A stretch of DNA of 64,000 nucleotides from an uncultured Nitrospiraceae bacterium (GTDB lineage Bacteria; Nitrospirota; Nitrospiria; Nitrospirales; Nitrospiraceae), in the NCBI GenBank assembly GCA_963730935.1, contig CAVSTP010000004.1:1216001-1280000 (forward strand), given 5' to 3'. Positions 29,807-41,126 of the stretch are shown in pieces. Both the position numbers and the translations under genes were made by a program. Each line of letters begins with the position of its first letter. Positions within the stretch are counted from its first letter, which is position 1. The notes beneath the pieces were generated by a model, which worked only from the letters and a program-made list of their open reading frames with translations, was not told the origin of the DNA and did no database searches.

Positions 29807-31192
29807 TCAGACCTCGTCATTTCGCCATAACCCTTCCAGTTTCCGAATGGCCATCGCGTCGTCGAGGCATCGTCCCATGGGGACATATTGAATTTGAGGA
29901 TGCGTCCGTACGGCTTCAGGCAAGCAGCGCCAAAAATCGATGACGGTGACCAACTGTTTTCCGCCAAGAAAGTCGGCAGGCTTGAGTGCCTTAAATGCTT
30001 CGTCCGGAGTAGTCACAAGGACGCATTCGGCGTCCTGGAGGCAGGCCGCAAGCGAATCCGCTACCAACGCATGCATGCGCAACGCGGCCTGTGCTTCAGC
30101 CGCCGCGAGCGGATCGTACCCGATAACCCGGAAACCGCTGCTGGCCAGTGAGAGGCACAGATACATACCAGCCGATTCCTCGATGACATGGGACAACGGC
30201 TTGTAGGCAAGGCCGAGCACAGCGACAGTGGAGCCTTTGTGAAGATACGCTTTGAGTTTATCCACGAACCGTGGCGAAATTGTTCTATTGAACGTGTCAT
30301 TGACCTCCAATAGTTGCGTGGATGCGCCGAGATGCTGGCCAATGAAGTTGAGGGCCACATTGTCACGTGGAAAGCAGGGGCCGCCATACCCGAACCCGCC
30401 GGTCAAGTACTTCCGCCCGATACGCTTGTCCATCCCAATGGCGTCGCTTACCACGTCGACGTCTCCTCCAGGGATTCGTTCGCAGAGATCGGCCAACATG
30501 TTCGCATAGCTGATCTTTAAGGTGACAAAGCTATTGACCGAGATCTTCGCCAGTTCGGCGTTTTCAAGGCTCATTCTCTTTGACGGAGCCTTGTTCAGCG
30601 CGACACGGTCATTCACTGATTCTAAGGCCGCGCCGGAACGCTCATCAAACTCGCCGACCAAATAGAAATCCGGATTCAAATAGTCCCGGATGACGGTTCC
30701 GAGAGCGATAAACTCGGGACTGTAACACAGCCCGAAATCTTTTCCGCATCGCTTCCCCGAGTGCTTTTCCAAAATCGGCAGTAGTCCGTATCGGGTCGAT
30801 CCAGGCAGCACCGTGCTCGTCAAGACGATGGTATGATAGCGTTCACGTTTGGCAAGGGCATTACCAATCCCCTCAAATGCATAGGCCGCATATTGAAGCG
30901 AAAACGCACCTCGCTCATCGCTCGGCGTCGGAACAATGACGAAACTGAGATCACTATTGAGAATCGCATCCTCATGGTTCAAGGTGGCCCGAATACGATC
31001 CTTGTGTTTCGCAATGAGTTCATCCAACCCGGTTTCTTGGACCGGCGCTCGCCCTGCGTTCATCGCACTCACAGCTTTCTGTGATACATCCACACCGATC
31101 ACATTAAAACCTCGGCTGGCCAAACAAGCGGTCATCGTGGCGCCGAGCTTCCCCAAACCAATCACCGCGATATCAGTAATCATGGTCACCAT
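29807..31192 (-). CDS. UDP-glucose/GDP-mannose dehydrogenase family
   Basis: GLGKLG, VPTPS, STVLPG, YSPEF, AELAK, GGPCFPRD, LGLAYKP. Confidence 0.9.
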   Translation of the reverse strand: MVTMITDIAVIGLGKLGATMTACLASRGFNVIGVDVSQKAVSAMNAGRAPVQETGLDELIAKHKDRIRATLNHEDAILNSDLSFVIVPTPSDERGAFSLQYAAYAFEGIGNALAKRERYHTIVLTSTVLPGSTRYGLLPILEKHSGKRCGKDFGLCYSPEFIALGTVIRDYLNPDFYLVGEFDERSGAALESVNDRVALNKAPSKRMSLENAELAKISVNSFVTLKISYANMLADLCERIPGGDVDVVSDAIGMDKRIGRKYLTGGFGYGGPCFPRDNVALNFIGQHLGASTQLLEVNDTFNRTISPRFVDKLKAYLHKGSTVAVLGLAYKPLSHVIEESAGMYLCLSLASSGFRVIGYDPLAAAEAQAALRMHALVADSLAACLQDAECVLVTTPDEAFKALKPADFLGGKQLVTVIDFWRCLPEAVRTHPQIQYVPMGRCLDDAMAIRKLEGLWRNDEV

Positions 31193-31315
31193 CCTCTTCG
31201 CTTTGAACTAATCGTTTATTACTACAAATCCCCTTCAGCCAAGATCGACAATCAGAAATAGTTCACGACAGAGCACGAAGATAACGAATGCTTAAGAATT
31301 ATATTGGTGGGACCA

Positions 31316-32974
31316 TTATCTCGACGGGGAACACTTCATTTCTATGGAGAGACTGATCGGGTATTCAATATTTTGAGGCAGTCGAGGAAGAATCAATTGA
31401 GGATCTGATCCCGTGCTAATGATGCGAAACGGCTTATGGCTTGTCTCTAGTGCCTCACGAAGTCTTTGCTTCCAATGTCCTCCCCTCACAGCGAAGGCTG
31501 TGCCACGAACGACGACCTTGCCAGCGTTGCGTCTGGTAAGTTCCCAGACCACCTTTTTATTCTTGTCCATGATAGTCATGGTATGAATCGTTACCAGACC
31601 TGGGCTTTCCCCTGGATCAAAGCGCAAGGGGAACTGATGAGGGAATTTATCCAGCTTGAATTCGATCGCCTTGTCCTGGAGCCCGAGTTCATCTGAAAGA
31701 CGAGATTTTTCTGAATAGCTTCCATCTGCTTGCGGAATATAGAGGACTGCCCGGTTCGCATTCGTCCCGAACATGACCGACCCACAGCGACGCTCAAACA
31801 TCAGCGTCAGTCGATCCAGGTCATACGCTGGCTGGATCGACGAGACCGAGCACGTATCGATCTGTCTCCCCGGGGATTCCAAAATAGAACTCGGAACAGG
31901 CTCGTTATCGCCGAGCGTTCGTTCAGGGAGTTCTATATTAGCCAGTCCCCAGTTGCCATTATTGAACTCCAAGGCTTTTGCCTTTTTCCTCATCTCGTCA
32001 ACGAGCGGCATGAGCACGGGCCATTCAGGGTTCAGAATCTCGGCCTTTTCCAACCGATTAAACAGATGTTTTTCACCTTCCGGAGTCCAGCCAGAGCCGA
32101 CTCCATGCTCGATATGGAAACACACGCAGGGAGGGAGCAGCGCCACTTCTTCATATCCCGCATAATGAGCGGCGACGATCCCGATGCTATCAATATTAAA
32201 TGAGAAGGCTTCAAACTCGGGATACCCTCGGATTGCAAACCAGGCTTCCCGGGACATCAACGTAAAATCTCCACAGGCATTCGTATGGAGATAGTTCATA
32301 GCAACCGAACGTTTCGGCCGTATCTGCCACATCCCGTCTTCTTCTACCATTGTGACATTCTCGTCCTTCCTTTGAAATCCCTGCGCAGGACCGCATGTCT
32401 TTTTGAAAATTTCTCGTCCATAGAGGTGCCGCACCAATCCATCTGGCTGATATCGCCGATGGGCACGGATGGGGTGACTCCAAGCATAATCCAATGTCTC
32501 CTTCAATGTAGCTTGTTGTGTCAGACCACTTTCTATGTCGTACCGGTCGACCCGATACTGCTTATTGGGGTCTAGCCGTTGTCGGGCGATAAATCCTATG
32601 AGCTCGTCAGAGAATAGAATATCGATATTCGTGGCTAGCACGAAGTGGCCCTTTGCGCGGCGAATACCAACGTTCTTTGCGATCATCTGGAAGAACGGCA
32701 ACCGCTCTGCGTATTTCAGACGTTGATGAAGGATCGTAGGGACTGTGACCGTACGTGCCTGAATGAACGTCGATTCGGAAGGTAAGTGCAGCACGGCTGC
32801 CAGGCCAGGCCTCTCCGGAACCGGGTTCCAATCAACAACAATGAGTTCTGCAGGCAGTTGATGTATTTCGCACTGGCGCGCCAAATTGTTGATGAAAATC
32901 TGTGTACGAATGAGTGGATCGCCGCCATGATCATCGTTACGTGAAGCGGCGACGATACTAATATACGGTTGCAT
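31316..32974 (-). CDS. Hypothetical GT-A-like protein with C-terminal beta domain
   Basis: ISIVAASRNDDHGG, VVDWN, AKNVGIRRAKG, ATNID, GDFTLM; C-terminal LRFDP and GSDPQL. Confidence 0.6.
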   Translation of the reverse strand: MQPYISIVAASRNDDHGGDPLIRTQIFINNLARQCEIHQLPAELIVVDWNPVPERPGLAAVLHLPSESTFIQARTVTVPTILHQRLKYAERLPFFQMIAKNVGIRRAKGHFVLATNIDILFSDELIGFIARQRLDPNKQYRVDRYDIESGLTQQATLKETLDYAWSHPIRAHRRYQPDGLVRHLYGREIFKKTCGPAQGFQRKDENVTMVEEDGMWQIRPKRSVAMNYLHTNACGDFTLMSREAWFAIRGYPEFEAFSFNIDSIGIVAAHYAGYEEVALLPPCVCFHIEHGVGSGWTPEGEKHLFNRLEKAEILNPEWPVLMPLVDEMRKKAKALEFNNGNWGLANIELPERTLGDNEPVPSSILESPGRQIDTCSVSSIQPAYDLDRLTLMFERRCGSVMFGTNANRAVLYIPQADGSYSEKSRLSDELGLQDKAIEFKLDKFPHQFPLRFDPGESPGLVTIHTMTIMDKNKKVVWELTRRNAGKVVVRGTAFAVRGGHWKQRLREALETSHKPFRIISTGSDPQLILPRLPQNIEYPISLSIEMKCSPSR

Positions 32975-33021
32975 AACTATCCAAACTGAACCCTATTGTC
33001 GAATTGGAAAAGAAGTGCAAA

Positions 33022-34548
33022 CTAAACCTGGTTCGCAGAACAGTTTGCGCTATATGACTCCCCTGTGGTTGAGGGAACCGCCGCATCCGACTTCATGGTC
33101 GGTAACTGTGTTTTTGGCACGAACCCTCGCTCAAGATCGCGCGCAAAATACGGAAGGAATTGCGCCAATGCCACCCAAGCCTGCACGCGAACTCCTTCAG
33201 GGGTGAAATGGATTGCATCGGTAAAGAGGTTGGGGTCACGAGGAAACGTTCCGGCGATATCCATGAAGTCAAGTTTCTTTGAAGCAGCAAATCGATGAAA
33301 CACACGATTCTGAAAATCGACGAGCCGTCGTATATCCGGTTGCGAGAGAGGCCAGAATGCTTGGTTCACTTGTGAAAGTATTCCGATGTAGCGCGTTGTA
33401 TCACTCATGATCTCTGGTTCACCGCCATCCAACCATACAAAAGAGGACATAAGAAACCGGGCGTTGGACTCCTTGCTGCTCGCTGACATATGACGAAGAT
33501 TATCAAGAATACTCGATAAGTTGCCAGGGAGGTCATTTTGGTCAATGTCTGGATCAGCTTCATTTACTGCATCAGGAAAGATAAGTTTCGATGGAGGACG
33601 CCGCCATTCCGCCAAAATTGGGACGATCCTAACTCGGTAGAAATCATCTATCACTTTAGCGACAGAAGAGAACTGAACCCATTTCCTCGGAAGCAATTCC
33701 TGGGAAGGATGCCTTGCAAATCGCCCGAAGGAATCAAGCAGGTCAGAGCCAGCTTGTAGGTCATTGGCGCCCTCGTAATAAATCACGTAGTCGGGTGCAA
33801 GGGGCAGAACCTCCTGTTTAACAATGGCGGCGATATCTGATGAGCCGATCCCTTCTCTTCCAGCGTTAATCACTTCCACTTGCAGCGGATAATTGTTTGC
33901 TTTAAGCCACAGGTTTAACCAATGGCCGAAATGCTCGGGATACGAGAATGGAAAAGAATGCATTGCAATAGTGGTCGAGGCGCCAAGGAAAGCAATTCTA
34001 ACGATGTTAGAACCTTTTTGAAGCGCCAGCTCAGGACCCCGAAACCCATAGCGATTGGTGCGTAGACCGCTTGCCGTGAGGGTATTTGCGGGATTTCTGT
34101 ACCGCGGAAAGGGTTCCCCATCATGGGGCATGAAAACCTTCAGATTATTGGTCAAATCACCATAGCGGCCAAAAACATAGTCATTTTTGACGCAGATGCG
34201 TTTTTCTACAAAGACTTTGTTCCACACATAGAAAGATTGAGATGGATACACTCCGCGCTGATGGTATGTCTCATACAGTTCGGCAGCAACTGGAGACACC
34301 TCGTGTGGATTTCGCGCAATTGGTGGAGGATCTTGGCGAAACCATGTGCGGTCAACCCCTTTAGGTAAAATGATGGAATCCAAGCGATGGTCTGCGATTC
34401 GTACATCATCAGAAAATCCGGCAGGAGATAGGATAGCATTCCCGGGAAAATCGCCATAAATCCTAATCCCGTACTCGCACAGGGCCAAAATAAGCAGCAC
34501 AGAAATCAATACCAACAGAGTGTTTTGCAATAAGCTCTTAATTCTCAC
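33022..34548 (-). CDS. Membrane-anchored SGNH/GDSL-family protein
   Basis: N-terminal TM, NRYGFRG, LGASTT, VINAG, GAND, DAIH. Confidence 0.78.
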   Translation of the reverse strand: MRIKSLLQNTLLVLISVLLILALCEYGIRIYGDFPGNAILSPAGFSDDVRIADHRLDSIILPKGVDRTWFRQDPPPIARNPHEVSPVAAELYETYHQRGVYPSQSFYVWNKVFVEKRICVKNDYVFGRYGDLTNNLKVFMPHDGEPFPRYRNPANTLTASGLRTNRYGFRGPELALQKGSNIVRIAFLGASTTIAMHSFPFSYPEHFGHWLNLWLKANNYPLQVEVINAGREGIGSSDIAAIVKQEVLPLAPDYVIYYEGANDLQAGSDLLDSFGRFARHPSQELLPRKWVQFSSVAKVIDDFYRVRIVPILAEWRRPPSKLIFPDAVNEADPDIDQNDLPGNLSSILDNLRHMSASSKESNARFLMSSFVWLDGGEPEIMSDTTRYIGILSQVNQAFWPLSQPDIRRLVDFQNRVFHRFAASKKLDFMDIAGTFPRDPNLFTDAIHFTPEGVRVQAWVALAQFLPYFARDLERGFVPKTQLPTMKSDAAVPSTTGESYSANCSANQV

Positions 34549-34662
34549 GAGACCTCACAACGCGCTTCCGACAAGCGCAGCACATGATGTCACTGCCGGA
34601 TATGAGCACAATGATGATTGGAGACAATGAGAGAAAGCAGCGCTATCAACCCGTAGGACCAA

Positions 34663-35454
34663 TTAAGAAAGGCGTGCGGTCACCAGCATGTGCCATCCCA
34701 GCTTCCTCTCTAACGCAGCAAACATGGTCTTTGGCATGGAAGCAAACCACGGCACGATTTCGTATTCGTACTTTACGTACTTTTCGACAACAAACGGGAA
34801 AATATGATCCTGCTTGAGTTCCAGAACGGTAAAGCCTTGGAGCAACTCTTTCACCTCATCCTCCGTGTACGTAAATGCCACGGGACATCCGCTCTGAGCC
34901 TCTGGTTGATCCAGTCCCATCTCAATCATGATGTTCTTCCAAGAATTCTTCGCGTACAACATCAGCCGAAGCTCTGACGAAGCTGCCATATATTTACGTA
35001 ACTGAGCGATGGCGTTGGGAGGGTTCGGGGTATGGTGTATCACCCCAAAAGAATACACCAGGTCGAAGCATCCGGCTGGAACGACGGTTCCGAGTTCCTC
35101 TGCATTCCCTTGGTAAAACTTGATCTGATGATCAAGTCCGAAGACCTTCGCTCTCTGACGCGCCAACGATAGAGACTCATCCGACAAATCAACTGCCGTT
35201 ACAGAAGCACCCGCTCTGGCGAAATTAATCGTATCCGTTCCGATTCCACAGCCCACCTCGAGAACCTTCTTGCCCTTCCATTTGTCGAACTGGGCAAATG
35301 ATGGAATGTGAGGCTCGACGAAATATTTTCTTTTTTCCACGTCGTCAAAATACTCTCTTGTTCCGATCGGCTTAGTTGAGTGCCGGATGTTGCATGGCCG
35401 AGCATTCCAGTACGCCTGGACCGTTTGAATGTCTGGTGATTGCGATATATTCAT
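34663..35454 (-). CDS. Class I SAM-dependent methyltransferase
   Basis: VLEVGCGIG, VDLS, FDLVYSFGVIHH. Confidence 0.9.
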   Translation of the reverse strand: MNISQSPDIQTVQAYWNARPCNIRHSTKPIGTREYFDDVEKRKYFVEPHIPSFAQFDKWKGKKVLEVGCGIGTDTINFARAGASVTAVDLSDESLSLARQRAKVFGLDHQIKFYQGNAEELGTVVPAGCFDLVYSFGVIHHTPNPPNAIAQLRKYMAASSELRLMLYAKNSWKNIMIEMGLDQPEAQSGCPVAFTYTEDEVKELLQGFTVLELKQDHIFPFVVEKYVKYEYEIVPWFASMPKTMFAALERKLGWHMLVTARLS

Positions 35455-36623
35455 CGATTTGCCGTAATTGCCTGCTTCATGTGTTTCAGTAATTTGCCGG
35501 TTTGCATTTTTATCCCGGACAGGCGGCGCCGAAACAGGGACCTGAGTGCAGACGAGAACTTATCTTCATTCAGCACTCCAACACTGTTCGCTGCCCTTCT
35601 GGAACGATAAAACGACGTTGGGTCGTTTGAGAATTTTGTGATGTACTCGGCATAACTTTTAAATCGCGGATCAACCTCGTGAGCAAGGGTATCCAAGAGT
35701 TCATCAGGATTGCAAATACCAGACAGATGCCCAGCATTGGCACGAACCAACTCGGCAGCATGATCCGGCAGCCCAAAGCATTCGAATAGGCACGCAAGCT
35801 TGAGCATCTTATATGGTGATAAACTCGGGCAGTGTGGGCCGCCTGTGGTCATTGGATCACGAAGGTAGATCGCATCACCCTGATATGGCCTCCCAAACAT
35901 TGTTTGCGCGGGCCCGTCGTATTCAAATGGTGCTGGAAGCGCCCCCGTCGAATAGCGTCTCAGTGACAGGTCAAACAAATCGAATCCCCATTGACGCATG
36001 AGCTTGTCAGTATTGTGAAAGGTGTGATCCGTATCAATGGCCGTCCCAAAAAAATTTACTTCTAACGTATAGCCAAGGACGGGAGAAGAGCGACTGGACT
36101 CTTCTGCAGAAAGAATCACATCAAGATCGTATCCGTCCACATCAACCTTTATGAAATCCAATTCAAATAGTTTCTCTTCCTTTACCAGGTCATCCACTTG
36201 CAGCTTCGTCTTAAGATCCGTGAGTCCGGACGTCTGCCAATCGTTGAGAATCGCAAGTTTCTGTTCTTTTTTGGTTGTGGATTGAAGAAACTCGAAAGCC
36301 GTCCTCGAGCTCAATCTATTCCATGGATTGCCACCCCAAGGTTCTCTGCTCCCCCGTCTTTGTACAAACGGATGATCCTCGGGTAAGCCAACAAAACGCG
36401 GAAGATATCGTACGTTTGGGTTTAATTCTTTCCTGTTAAGGCGTTCACACTCCGGCACAACGGGATCAATCCCTCGCGCGATAAGTGATGGCTCGAAGAC
36501 CCGCCAGAACGGAGAGATACCTCCGCTACATCCAACGTCCAATAAAGTGAACGGATGCGACGCAAAAATGCCCCGCTCTACCAGAGAGCGAGCCATTTTT
36601 GTAAACCTTAGAGTGTTTTCCAT
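35451..36623 (-). CDS. FkbM-like methyltransferase
   Basis: LLDVGCSGG, DFIKVDVDGYDLDVI, LEVNF, GFDLFD, GDAIY. Confidence 0.72.
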   Translation of the reverse strand: MENTLRFTKMARSLVERGIFASHPFTLLDVGCSGGISPFWRVFEPSLIARGIDPVVPECERLNRKELNPNVRYLPRFVGLPEDHPFVQRRGSREPWGGNPWNRLSSRTAFEFLQSTTKKEQKLAILNDWQTSGLTDLKTKLQVDDLVKEEKLFELDFIKVDVDGYDLDVILSAEESSRSSPVLGYTLEVNFFGTAIDTDHTFHNTDKLMRQWGFDLFDLSLRRYSTGALPAPFEYDGPAQTMFGRPYQGDAIYLRDPMTTGGPHCPSLSPYKMLKLACLFECFGLPDHAAELVRANAGHLSGICNPDELLDTLAHEVDPRFKSYAEYITKFSNDPTSFYRSRRAANSVGVLNEDKFSSALRSLFRRRLSGIKMQTGKLLKHMKQAITANR

Positions 36624-36639
36624 GAACGAATGCTCTGGC

Positions 36640-37650
36640 TTAATCGAGATTTACAACTGCATCTCTCGACTGCCCGCTCTTCATCTGGTCGTAGATCCAT
36701 GCGTAGGTCCGTTCCATGCCGGTCCGTAGGGGAATGGACGGTTCCCATCCCAACATTTTATTGATGAGCGCATTGTCACTATTCCGCCCATTGACGCCCT
36801 TGGGCGCATTTAGATTGTACCGGCGTTTTAGTTGAATCCCGGCAATGTCTTCGACGATATCGACGAGCTGATTGATGGAGACCTTTTCAGCGCTTCCCAA
36901 ATTGATCGGGAAGGTGATTGTCTCGCTTCGCATGATGTCCTGAGTACCCTTGAGACAATCATCGATGTACATGAAGCTCCGTGTTTGCTCGCCGCTGCCC
37001 CAGATTTCAATATTGTGGTTGCCGCTGAGCTTTGCTTCGACAACTTTTCGACAGATAGCGGCAGGGGCTTTTTCCCGGCCTCCATCGTACGTTCCAAGTG
37101 GACCATACACATTGTGATACCGCACGACCCTCGTCACGACCTTGAAATCTTCCGTGAAGTGCCGGCACATACGCTCGCTGAACAACTTTTCCCATCCGTA
37201 TCCGTCCTCCGGCATCCCGGGATAGGCATCTTCCTCCTTGAGTCCGGTCACGTTCGGGTCCCTTTGTTTGTCATGGTTGTAGACGCATGCTGATGACGCA
37301 TAGAAAAAACGGCTGACATCAGCTTCGCGGGCGGCTTGTAATAGGTGAGTGTTGATCAGCACGCTGAGCATGCAGAGCGCTTTATTGTTTTCGATAAATC
37401 CCATGCCACCCATATCGGCCGCAAGATTGTAGATCCAATAAGCACCTTTCGCAGCACGGCGGCATGACGACAATTCTTTGAGATCGGCCGAACCAAAATT
37501 CTCAACTCCATCAAATCGCTGATACCACCGATCCAACGGCTTGATGTCCACCGCCCGAATGCGTGTGTGTCCTTGTTTCAATAAGTCGGCCACGAGATGG
37601 CCTCCGATGAACCCGCCTGCTCCACAGACTACGATCAGATCGTTCTTCAC
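36640..37650 (-). CDS. NAD-dependent epimerase, GDP-mannose 3,5-epimerase-like
   Basis: GAGGFIG, LAADMGGMGFI, ASSACVY, YGWEK, GGREKAPAAICRK, QTRSFMYIDDC. Confidence 0.88.
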   Translation of the reverse strand: MKNDLIVVCGAGGFIGGHLVADLLKQGHTRIRAVDIKPLDRWYQRFDGVENFGSADLKELSSCRRAAKGAYWIYNLAADMGGMGFIENNKALCMLSVLINTHLLQAAREADVSRFFYASSACVYNHDKQRDPNVTGLKEEDAYPGMPEDGYGWEKLFSERMCRHFTEDFKVVTRVVRYHNVYGPLGTYDGGREKAPAAICRKVVEAKLSGNHNIEIWGSGEQTRSFMYIDDCLKGTQDIMRSETITFPINLGSAEKVSINQLVDIVEDIAGIQLKRRYNLNAPKGVNGRNSDNALINKMLGWEPSIPLRTGMERTYAWIYDQMKSGQSRDAVVNLD

Positions 37651-37671
37651 CTGTCCCTCGTTTCTACACGG

Positions 37672-39642
37672 TTACGTGCGTTGATTCTTGAGCTGCCTGA
37701 TTTCCGCCAGCCACATAGCCGCCGATGCGTCGCTTGGCATTCGCCAGTCCCCGCGCGGCGACAATGCCACAGATCCCACCTTGGGACCATCCGGCATGGC
37801 CGATCGTTTGAATTGTTGACTGAAAAACCGTGCCACAAAAACCTCCAGCCACCGTAGGATCGTTGCCTGGTCATAGATGGTGTTGAAGGCAAGTTCCGCC
37901 ATACGTAGGATCTTTGCCGGGCGTTCTCCGTATCGAATCATGTGATAGAGAAAATAGTCGTGCAACTCATACGGACCGACAATTTCCTCAGTGATGTGTT
38001 GCACTTCCCCTTGTGCGTTCACAGGCAATAATTCTGGTGAGATCGGCATGGCACTGATATCCCGGAGGACAGCTGAGATGCCGGCCGAGAATTCCTCTTC
38101 TGCGCACCATTCGATGATATAGCGCACCAGTGTTTTGGGCACCCCGATATTGACGTGATACATCGACATGTGGTCGCCGTTGAACGTGCACCACCCCAAG
38201 GCAGCTTCTGAGAGATCGCCAGTTCCTACCACGAAGCCGCCCATTTTGTTGGCAAGGTCCATGAGAATCTGCGTGCGTTCGCGAGCCTGCGCATTTTCAT
38301 AGGTGACGTCCAACATCTCTTCGCTGTGTTCGATATCCTTGAAGTGTTGAACGACGGCGTCTCGTATCGGAATAACCCGCAGTTCCGCCCCGATAAGCCC
38401 AACGAGCGTTTCGGCATTCGCTTTGGTTCGCCGGCTCGTTCCCAGCCCTGGCATCGTGACGGCGAGAATCCCCTTCCGGTCGAGACCCAGCACATCAAAA
38501 GCATGGACGACCACAAGCAGCGCCAATGTGGAATCGAGTCCTCCTGAGATGCCGATTACGACCCGTCGGGAACCGGTGTGTTTCAATCTCTTGGCCAAAC
38601 CAGTGGATTGAATGGCAAAAATCTCTCGACAGGTCGAGGCGCGAACATGAGGATCACTCGGCACAAAGGGCATCGGCGGATTGGGCCGCAGTTTGCCACA
38701 CGGCTCATGTCCCGGCTCGGTAACCTTGAATGTCACCGGCACCACATGGAATATCTTTTTCGACGAATCTCTCGAAAATGAACTGTTGCATAGACGTTCG
38801 TGCTGAATGCGATCAAAGTCCACGTCCGCGTAGATGATCTGCGTATCGAATCGAAAGCGATCCGACTCGGCGAGCACGATGCCGTTCTCCGCGACCATGC
38901 AGTGACCGGAAAAGACCAAGTCGGTGGAAGACTCACCAGGACCCGCAGAGGCGTAGCCATACGCGGCGAGACAGCGGGCGGACTGCGATTTCACAAGATC
39001 TCTTCGATAGGCGTTCTTACCCAGCAATTCATTGCTGGCAGAAATATTACAAAGGAGCGTCGCTCCAGCCAGTGCTTGACTACCGCTCGGTGGTTCGACT
39101 GCCCATAAGTCCTCACAGATTTCGATGCCGATCGTGCAGCCGGGAACCGAGGTCACGGGGAATAGCAGGTCGGTGGTAAATGGAACAGCATAGCTGCCCA
39201 TGTCGATTTGCGAAGACTCAATGTTCTTGCCGGATGTAAACCATCGTTCCTCATAAAATTCTCCGCTAGTGGGAAGAAACACTTTGGGGACAATGCCAAG
39301 GACAACACCCTCGCCGATCATCGCCGCACAGTTGTAGAGACGTCCTTGAATGGCAAGCGGCAACCCCACAATCGCATGCAGGTGCAATCGTCCTGTTTCT
39401 GACGCCAAGCTGTGAAGTGCTTGCCGAGCCTTCTCGACGAGGAGGGACTGCGCAAAAAGATCAGCACAGCTATAGGCCGTCACGGATAACTCAGGAAAGA
39501 GAATAAGAGATGCACCCCTCTCGGCCGCCACGTGCATGGCCCGTTGTATTTGGGTCACGTTGAACTCGACATCTCCGACACGAAGTTCTGGAGCGCAGGA
39601 TGCCAGTCGCATGAATGAAACAGAATCCCTATGCGAACTCAC
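37672..39642 (-). CDS. nadE: Glutamine-dependent NAD+ synthetase
   Basis: Nitrilase triad (FPEL, VPK, ICED), [36 protein letters not shown]. Confidence 0.93.
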   Translation of the reverse strand: MSSHRDSVSFMRLASCAPELRVGDVEFNVTQIQRAMHVAAERGASLILFPELSVTAYSCADLFAQSLLVEKARQALHSLASETGRLHLHAIVGLPLAIQGRLYNCAAMIGEGVVLGIVPKVFLPTSGEFYEERWFTSGKNIESSQIDMGSYAVPFTTDLLFPVTSVPGCTIGIEICEDLWAVEPPSGSQALAGATLLCNISASNELLGKNAYRRDLVKSQSARCLAAYGYASAGPGESSTDLVFSGHCMVAENGIVLAESDRFRFDTQIIYADVDFDRIQHERLCNSSFSRDSSKKIFHVVPVTFKVTEPGHEPCGKLRPNPPMPFVPSDPHVRASTCREIFAIQSTGLAKRLKHTGSRRVVIGISGGLDSTLALLVVVHAFDVLGLDRKGILAVTMPGLGTSRRTKANAETLVGLIGAELRVIPIRDAVVQHFKDIEHSEEMLDVTYENAQARERTQILMDLANKMGGFVVGTGDLSEAALGWCTFNGDHMSMYHVNIGVPKTLVRYIIEWCAEEEFSAGISAVLRDISAMPISPELLPVNAQGEVQHITEEIVGPYELHDYFLYHMIRYGERPAKILRMAELAFNTIYDQATILRWLEVFVARFFSQQFKRSAMPDGPKVGSVALSPRGDWRMPSDASAAMWLAEIRQLKNQRT

Positions 39643-40418
39643 TTTTTAATCCCCAATAATATCCAGCTAGGATTGATCCAACATAAGCGTTGCAATTCAG
39701 TCCGCAACTCCGGAAAGATCGGCTCCAGTCCCTCAGTCACGCCCTTGACCGATTCAAATTGAGAGCGAATTTCCGACAATGGACAGAAATCGTGCCAAAT
39801 CATCAGCCCGCCGGAGCGCAACAAAGGGAGTGCCTTCCGGGTGTCGTTCATTACAACATCCGGTTGATGTCCTCCGTCAACCAATACACTGTCAAAAAAT
39901 CCAGCGGGATAATTTGACGTATCCCATTTGCGGCTATCACAAAAGACCTGACAGACTCGATGACTCAGACCTTTTTCGCGATACAAGCGCCCGATATAAC
40001 CCGCCGCGTCAGTACGGTGATAGGTACACGGACCTGACTCATCTTGCCCATAAGTCGCAGTGATAATTCCATAAGGAGCGTCGGTCCCATCAACAACGCG
40101 TTGCCCATATGCCCATGTTCCATCAGGTCGCATTTCTCCTGTTGGAAGATTGATGGTCCATACGGTCGCCTCACAGGCCTCGAGACACAGCACGGTCCCC
40201 CACCCTTGCCAAGTACCGAATTCAAGATGCCTGCGCGGCTGATGGGCACGATAGAGATATTGCAAAATGGGAGCGTCGTCTTCCTCCATTTTCCATCGAT
40301 GCAATGGCGTGGATGACGCAGGTGGAGGTGTGATGTGATTTACGAAATAGAGGCTGCCAATCTCAGACAGCGGCAAACCTTCTACACTAGATGATATTAA
40401 CAAGCGCGTTCCTCCCAA
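39639..40418 (-). CDS. Class I SAM-dependent methyltransferase (Methyltransf_24-like)
   Basis: [29 protein letters not shown]. Confidence 0.8.
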   Translation of the reverse strand: MGGTRLLISSSVEGLPLSEIGSLYFVNHITPPPASSTPLHRWKMEEDDAPILQYLYRAHQPRRHLEFGTWQGWGTVLCLEACEATVWTINLPTGEMRPDGTWAYGQRVVDGTDAPYGIITATYGQDESGPCTYHRTDAAGYIGRLYREKGLSHRVCQVFCDSRKWDTSNYPAGFFDSVLVDGGHQPDVVMNDTRKALPLLRSGGLMIWHDFCPLSEIRSQFESVKGVTEGLEPIFPELRTELQRLCWINPSWILLGIKK

Positions 40419-41126
40419 TCATGTTGGGAAATGTAATTGAAAAGACCGCTGTGTTCTCAAGAACCCTGACCCTGCCGACCTTCGCAGAACAAAATTGTCA
40501 TCATCCAATACAAGAGCTTGGTGGTATCCCCTGTCGAGCAGCCATGATAAGGCCGCTATGTTCGAGTAACCGCGGACGCCAAGCGCATGATTCAGTTCCA
40601 CTACAAGCCAGGGGTCGAATCGCTCAAGCGTCTTCTCAGCCCCCATTAATACTTCGAAGTCAAATGAGTCGACGTCAATCTTTATACAATCCAGTTTTTC
40701 GAGCTTTGCCTCCTCGACGAAATGATCGAGCGTCGAAAAGTCATACTCGCATTCTTCTGCAGCCTGTCCCCATAACCGAAAGATTTTATCGACCCGTCGG
40801 CCGGAGTATTGGCCCATCGCTAATCGATGCACCACAATATTCTGACACTTGTTGTGCTTAATGTTCACCTCAAGCATGTCGGCGGTTGCCGTGGGCTCAA
40901 CAGCGTGCACTTTCCCGTCGGGCGACAACTGAGAAAACAGAATGCTGTAATAACCGATATTTGCACCGCAATCGATATACACCCAGTCGGGGCGTGCGTT
41001 TTTGACGAACCATGCTTTGGTCTCGAGTTCACACTTCGGGTAATACCATGCAAAGCTCTCGTAGAAAGCCGGCAGTTCGATATCAGGACGTCCTGGAATT
41101 CTCGTCACGGCGATGTTGGTCATCAT
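40419..41126 (-). CDS. FkbM-family methyltransferase
   Basis: DCGANIGYYS, AVEP, TLD, IKIDVD, EVLMGA. Confidence 0.9.
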   Translation of the reverse strand: MMTNIAVTRIPGRPDIELPAFYESFAWYYPKCELETKAWFVKNARPDWVYIDCGANIGYYSILFSQLSPDGKVHAVEPTATADMLEVNIKHNKCQNIVVHRLAMGQYSGRRVDKIFRLWGQAAEECEYDFSTLDHFVEEAKLEKLDCIKIDVDSFDFEVLMGAEKTLERFDPWLVVELNHALGVRGYSNIAALSWLLDRGYHQALVLDDDNFVLRRSAGSGFLRTQRSFQLHFPT

